In this document: positions 61,591-64,000 of the stretch, in pieces
How the letters are laid out: every line of letters begins with the position of its first letter
Position numbering within the stretch: position 1 is the first letter of the stretch
Assembly: GCF_006345805.1 (NCBI RefSeq)
Contig: NW_021833425.1
Coordinates: 12,719 to 76,718 of the forward strand
From: Octopus sinensis
Taxonomy: Eukaryota
Direction of reading: 5' to 3'
Length of the DNA stretch: 64,000 nucleotides
Notes under the pieces: model-generated
The model's database searches: none
What the model saw: the letters and a program-made list of their open reading frames with translations, nothing else
Told to the model about the DNA's origin: nothing
Translations under genes and position numbers: made by a program

Positions 61591-62180
61591 AAAATTTGCT
61601 TGTTTAAAACCGTTCGGCATCATGCCCCAGCATGGCCACAGTCCAATGACTTAAATAAGCAATAGATTATGCAGGGTAGGATGGCATTGGGAGGGTTCAA
61701 GATATAGATTTCTGTCTTTATGTTTCATTCATTGTTTTGCAAGCTTCAGTGGGTGTTTATGCATTCATGTGTATAACTGTGAATAATTCTACATGTACTT
61801 TTGGGTGAATTTAACCATATGTATGTATGTGTGTGTGTGTATAGTGTATGTGCATGTATTAGTCTAGGAATATTTGTTTTTATGATTGTCTGTGTATGTA
61901 TGTATATGTATCAGTGTGAATGAGCATATTTATAGATGTAAATATATGTGTGTGTGTGTTGTGTGTCATTCATTCATCTGCCTGTCTACCTGCTCATAAT
62001 AAACTAAGAAATGTCACTAAGTGCTCAAAATAGATTGAAGGAAGGGTCAGACATTGTAAAGCTGGTAATAACATATCATTTTTAATATCATAACTTCCAT
62101 GGTTCTTGCAGTTAAATATAAAAAAGAACAATAACAAATGCCATAGACAATTACTTTGTCCAAAAGGTAGAACTGAAATT

Positions 62181-62217
<37 letters not shown>

Positions 62218-62633
62218 CTGTACTAGCTGATATTTTTCCTTTAGTGTCAATATTGACTCAGTATTAGGCTTTGTTGAATAATATGCATGGTTTTTATCAA
62301 GTAACCATTGATTATCTGAAACAGCTGTAAAGATAAGACTTTGGTTATTCATGTAAACTGTACATGAAACTTTTCCTGTAAATATATATCTTACATCTGT
62401 TATTGTTGATCAGTCTTTCTGTTTCCATATGATGATCATTTTTATAGCCATCTTTCTACCTTTGCACTAACCCTGATGAAGAAATTGGAATTTAAGATTT
62501 GGATTTCTTCCAGGACTCATTGGTGACAGTCTATACCACACTCACATAAGCATTTTTAATTCATTCTTTATATATATATATATTATATATATATATAGTA
62601 TATCTAAATTATTAGTTTAATGAGGAACTTTAA

Positions 62634-62852
62634 CCCTTTAGTGTTCAGATTATTCAATCAAACATAATGCTTATTGATTCCCATTGATTTGAATTAATCA
62701 TGCATTATCTCATATCTTCAAGATTTTGATGGTGTAATTACCTAATGTAGAATAGCATTGTAGGGTAGGTGTGAGAGCCTGGATTTGGTCAGTTTGAACA
62801 TAAAACTGATTAAATATTTTGGCCGGATATGGCCGGTTTAAATACTAAAGGG
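62634..62852 (-). mobile_element. piggyBac-type MITE, uninterrupted
   Basis: TTAA at 62630-62633 and 62853-62856; CCCTTTAG / CTAAAGGG termini. Confidence 0.85.
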
Positions 62853-64000
62853 TTAATGTTCCAAATTTGATAAAGAACTAATAAGGAAATATAAAGGGTG
62901 TCTCTCTTACTCTTGGAGCAGTTTACTAAGCTAATGCTATACCAATCATTGAGTATTACCTGACTGACAACTTGAGGGACTAGCCCATGCCATACTTTGT
63001 TAGATATTTTAAGCATCTCAGTGGCTATCCCCTATGGACCAGCTGCTTTGCTATTCTTTACAGTACTTAATTGTTCTATCTATGCTACTGCTGTCAACTT
63101 AATTGTCTACTTGGAGTAGACTCTCCTTTGCATTCTCCACATTCATTAGCCTTTTGTTGAAGCACTGTAGATGAGCTAGCAATTTTCTTTGTACCTCTTC
63201 CCCTTGTTATGTCGGCCTCACATCTAGCTTCTCATCTAATTATTTGATTTCTTGTTTTCTCTTCTGTTATTTTTCTTCCAGTTATTCCTGAACCTGACTT
63301 TCAACATTTATGATTTCATCTAGAGCAATGTTCTTCGACTTTTTCGTCCCATTCCTCACTTTAATTTTCAAAAAGTTTATGAACCACATGAACATACAAA
63401 GTTACTGTATAACATGTGTGTATATATATATATGTATATCTGTATGTATGTTGATATATATATATATAAATATGTGTGAGAGTATGTGTATATTTATACA
63501 TATATATGTATATATATATATGTATACATATATGTATGTATATATGCTGATATATATATATGTGTGTGTATGTATGTGAATATGTAAACATGTGTGTATA
63601 TATATGTATATATGTTGATATCATCATCATCGTTTTAATATTCGCTTTCCATGCTGGCATGGCTTGGACGCATTGATTGAGGACTGGCAAACCAGAAGGC
63701 TGCATCAGGCTCCAATCTGATATGACAGAGTTTCTACAGCTGGATGCCCTTCCTAACGCCAATCACTCTGAGAGTGTAGTGGGTACTTTTATGTGCCACC
63801 GGCACAAGGGCCAGTCAGATGGTACTGGCAATGGCCACGCTCAAATGGTGTTTTTTTTATGTGCCACCTGCACAGGAGCCAGTCCAGCGGCACTGGCAAT
63901 GACCTCGCTTGAATGTTTTTTTCCTGTGCCATCAGCATAAGTGCCAGTAAGTCGACGCTGGTAATGATCATGCCCGAATGGTGCTTTTTACGTGCCACCG

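Noticed and set aside
62472-62515. CTGATGA followed by a weak hairpin
   Set aside because: No correctly placed GAAA or cleavage triplet
63250-63420. Strong polypyrimidine tract + AG followed by an open frame (IPEPDFQHFMISSRAMFF...)
   Set aside because: No good donor site or recognisable protein; cannot be supported as an exon without RNA-seq
44-63762. Dozens of ORFs rich in YI, CV, TH, LS, SIYL, poly-D, poly-M or poly-I
   Set aside because: They are translations of (TA)n, (CA)n, (CT)n, (GATA)n and (CAT)n microsatellites and have no protein-like complexity

Overview
Repeat-saturated, AT-rich animal genomic DNA. The SINE and microsatellite repertoire resembles octopus or another cephalopod; this is pattern recognition, not a database search. 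No host protein-coding exon could be supported, and most short ORFs in the track are microsatellite artefacts. Transposons: one very young Ty3/Gypsy element (6605-11066, minus strand, 236-bp LTRs that read identical, 5-bp TSD, three internal lesions), an older Gypsy relic, a near-complete mariner, a DD37D (maT) fragment, CR1, RTE and CRE-like LINE fragments, two Penelope-like (PLE) RT relics, Helitron, hAT and piggyBac derivatives, and dozens of tRNA-derived SINEs. The main unannotated signal is a set of minimal type I hammerhead ribozyme (HHR) motifs in five unrelated repeat families. The best case is a non-coding ~356-364-nt repeat whose HHR has a compensatory U3-A8 core (UUGAUAA), shows covariation in all three stems and sits in a long rod-like hairpin. 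It occurs as a head-to-tail tandem, a circularly permuted monomer and a fold-back truncated copy, which is the architecture expected of a retrozyme or non-autonomous PLE with a possibly circular RNA intermediate. A second HHR family forms inverted termini around two back-to-back tRNA-like Pol III promoters.
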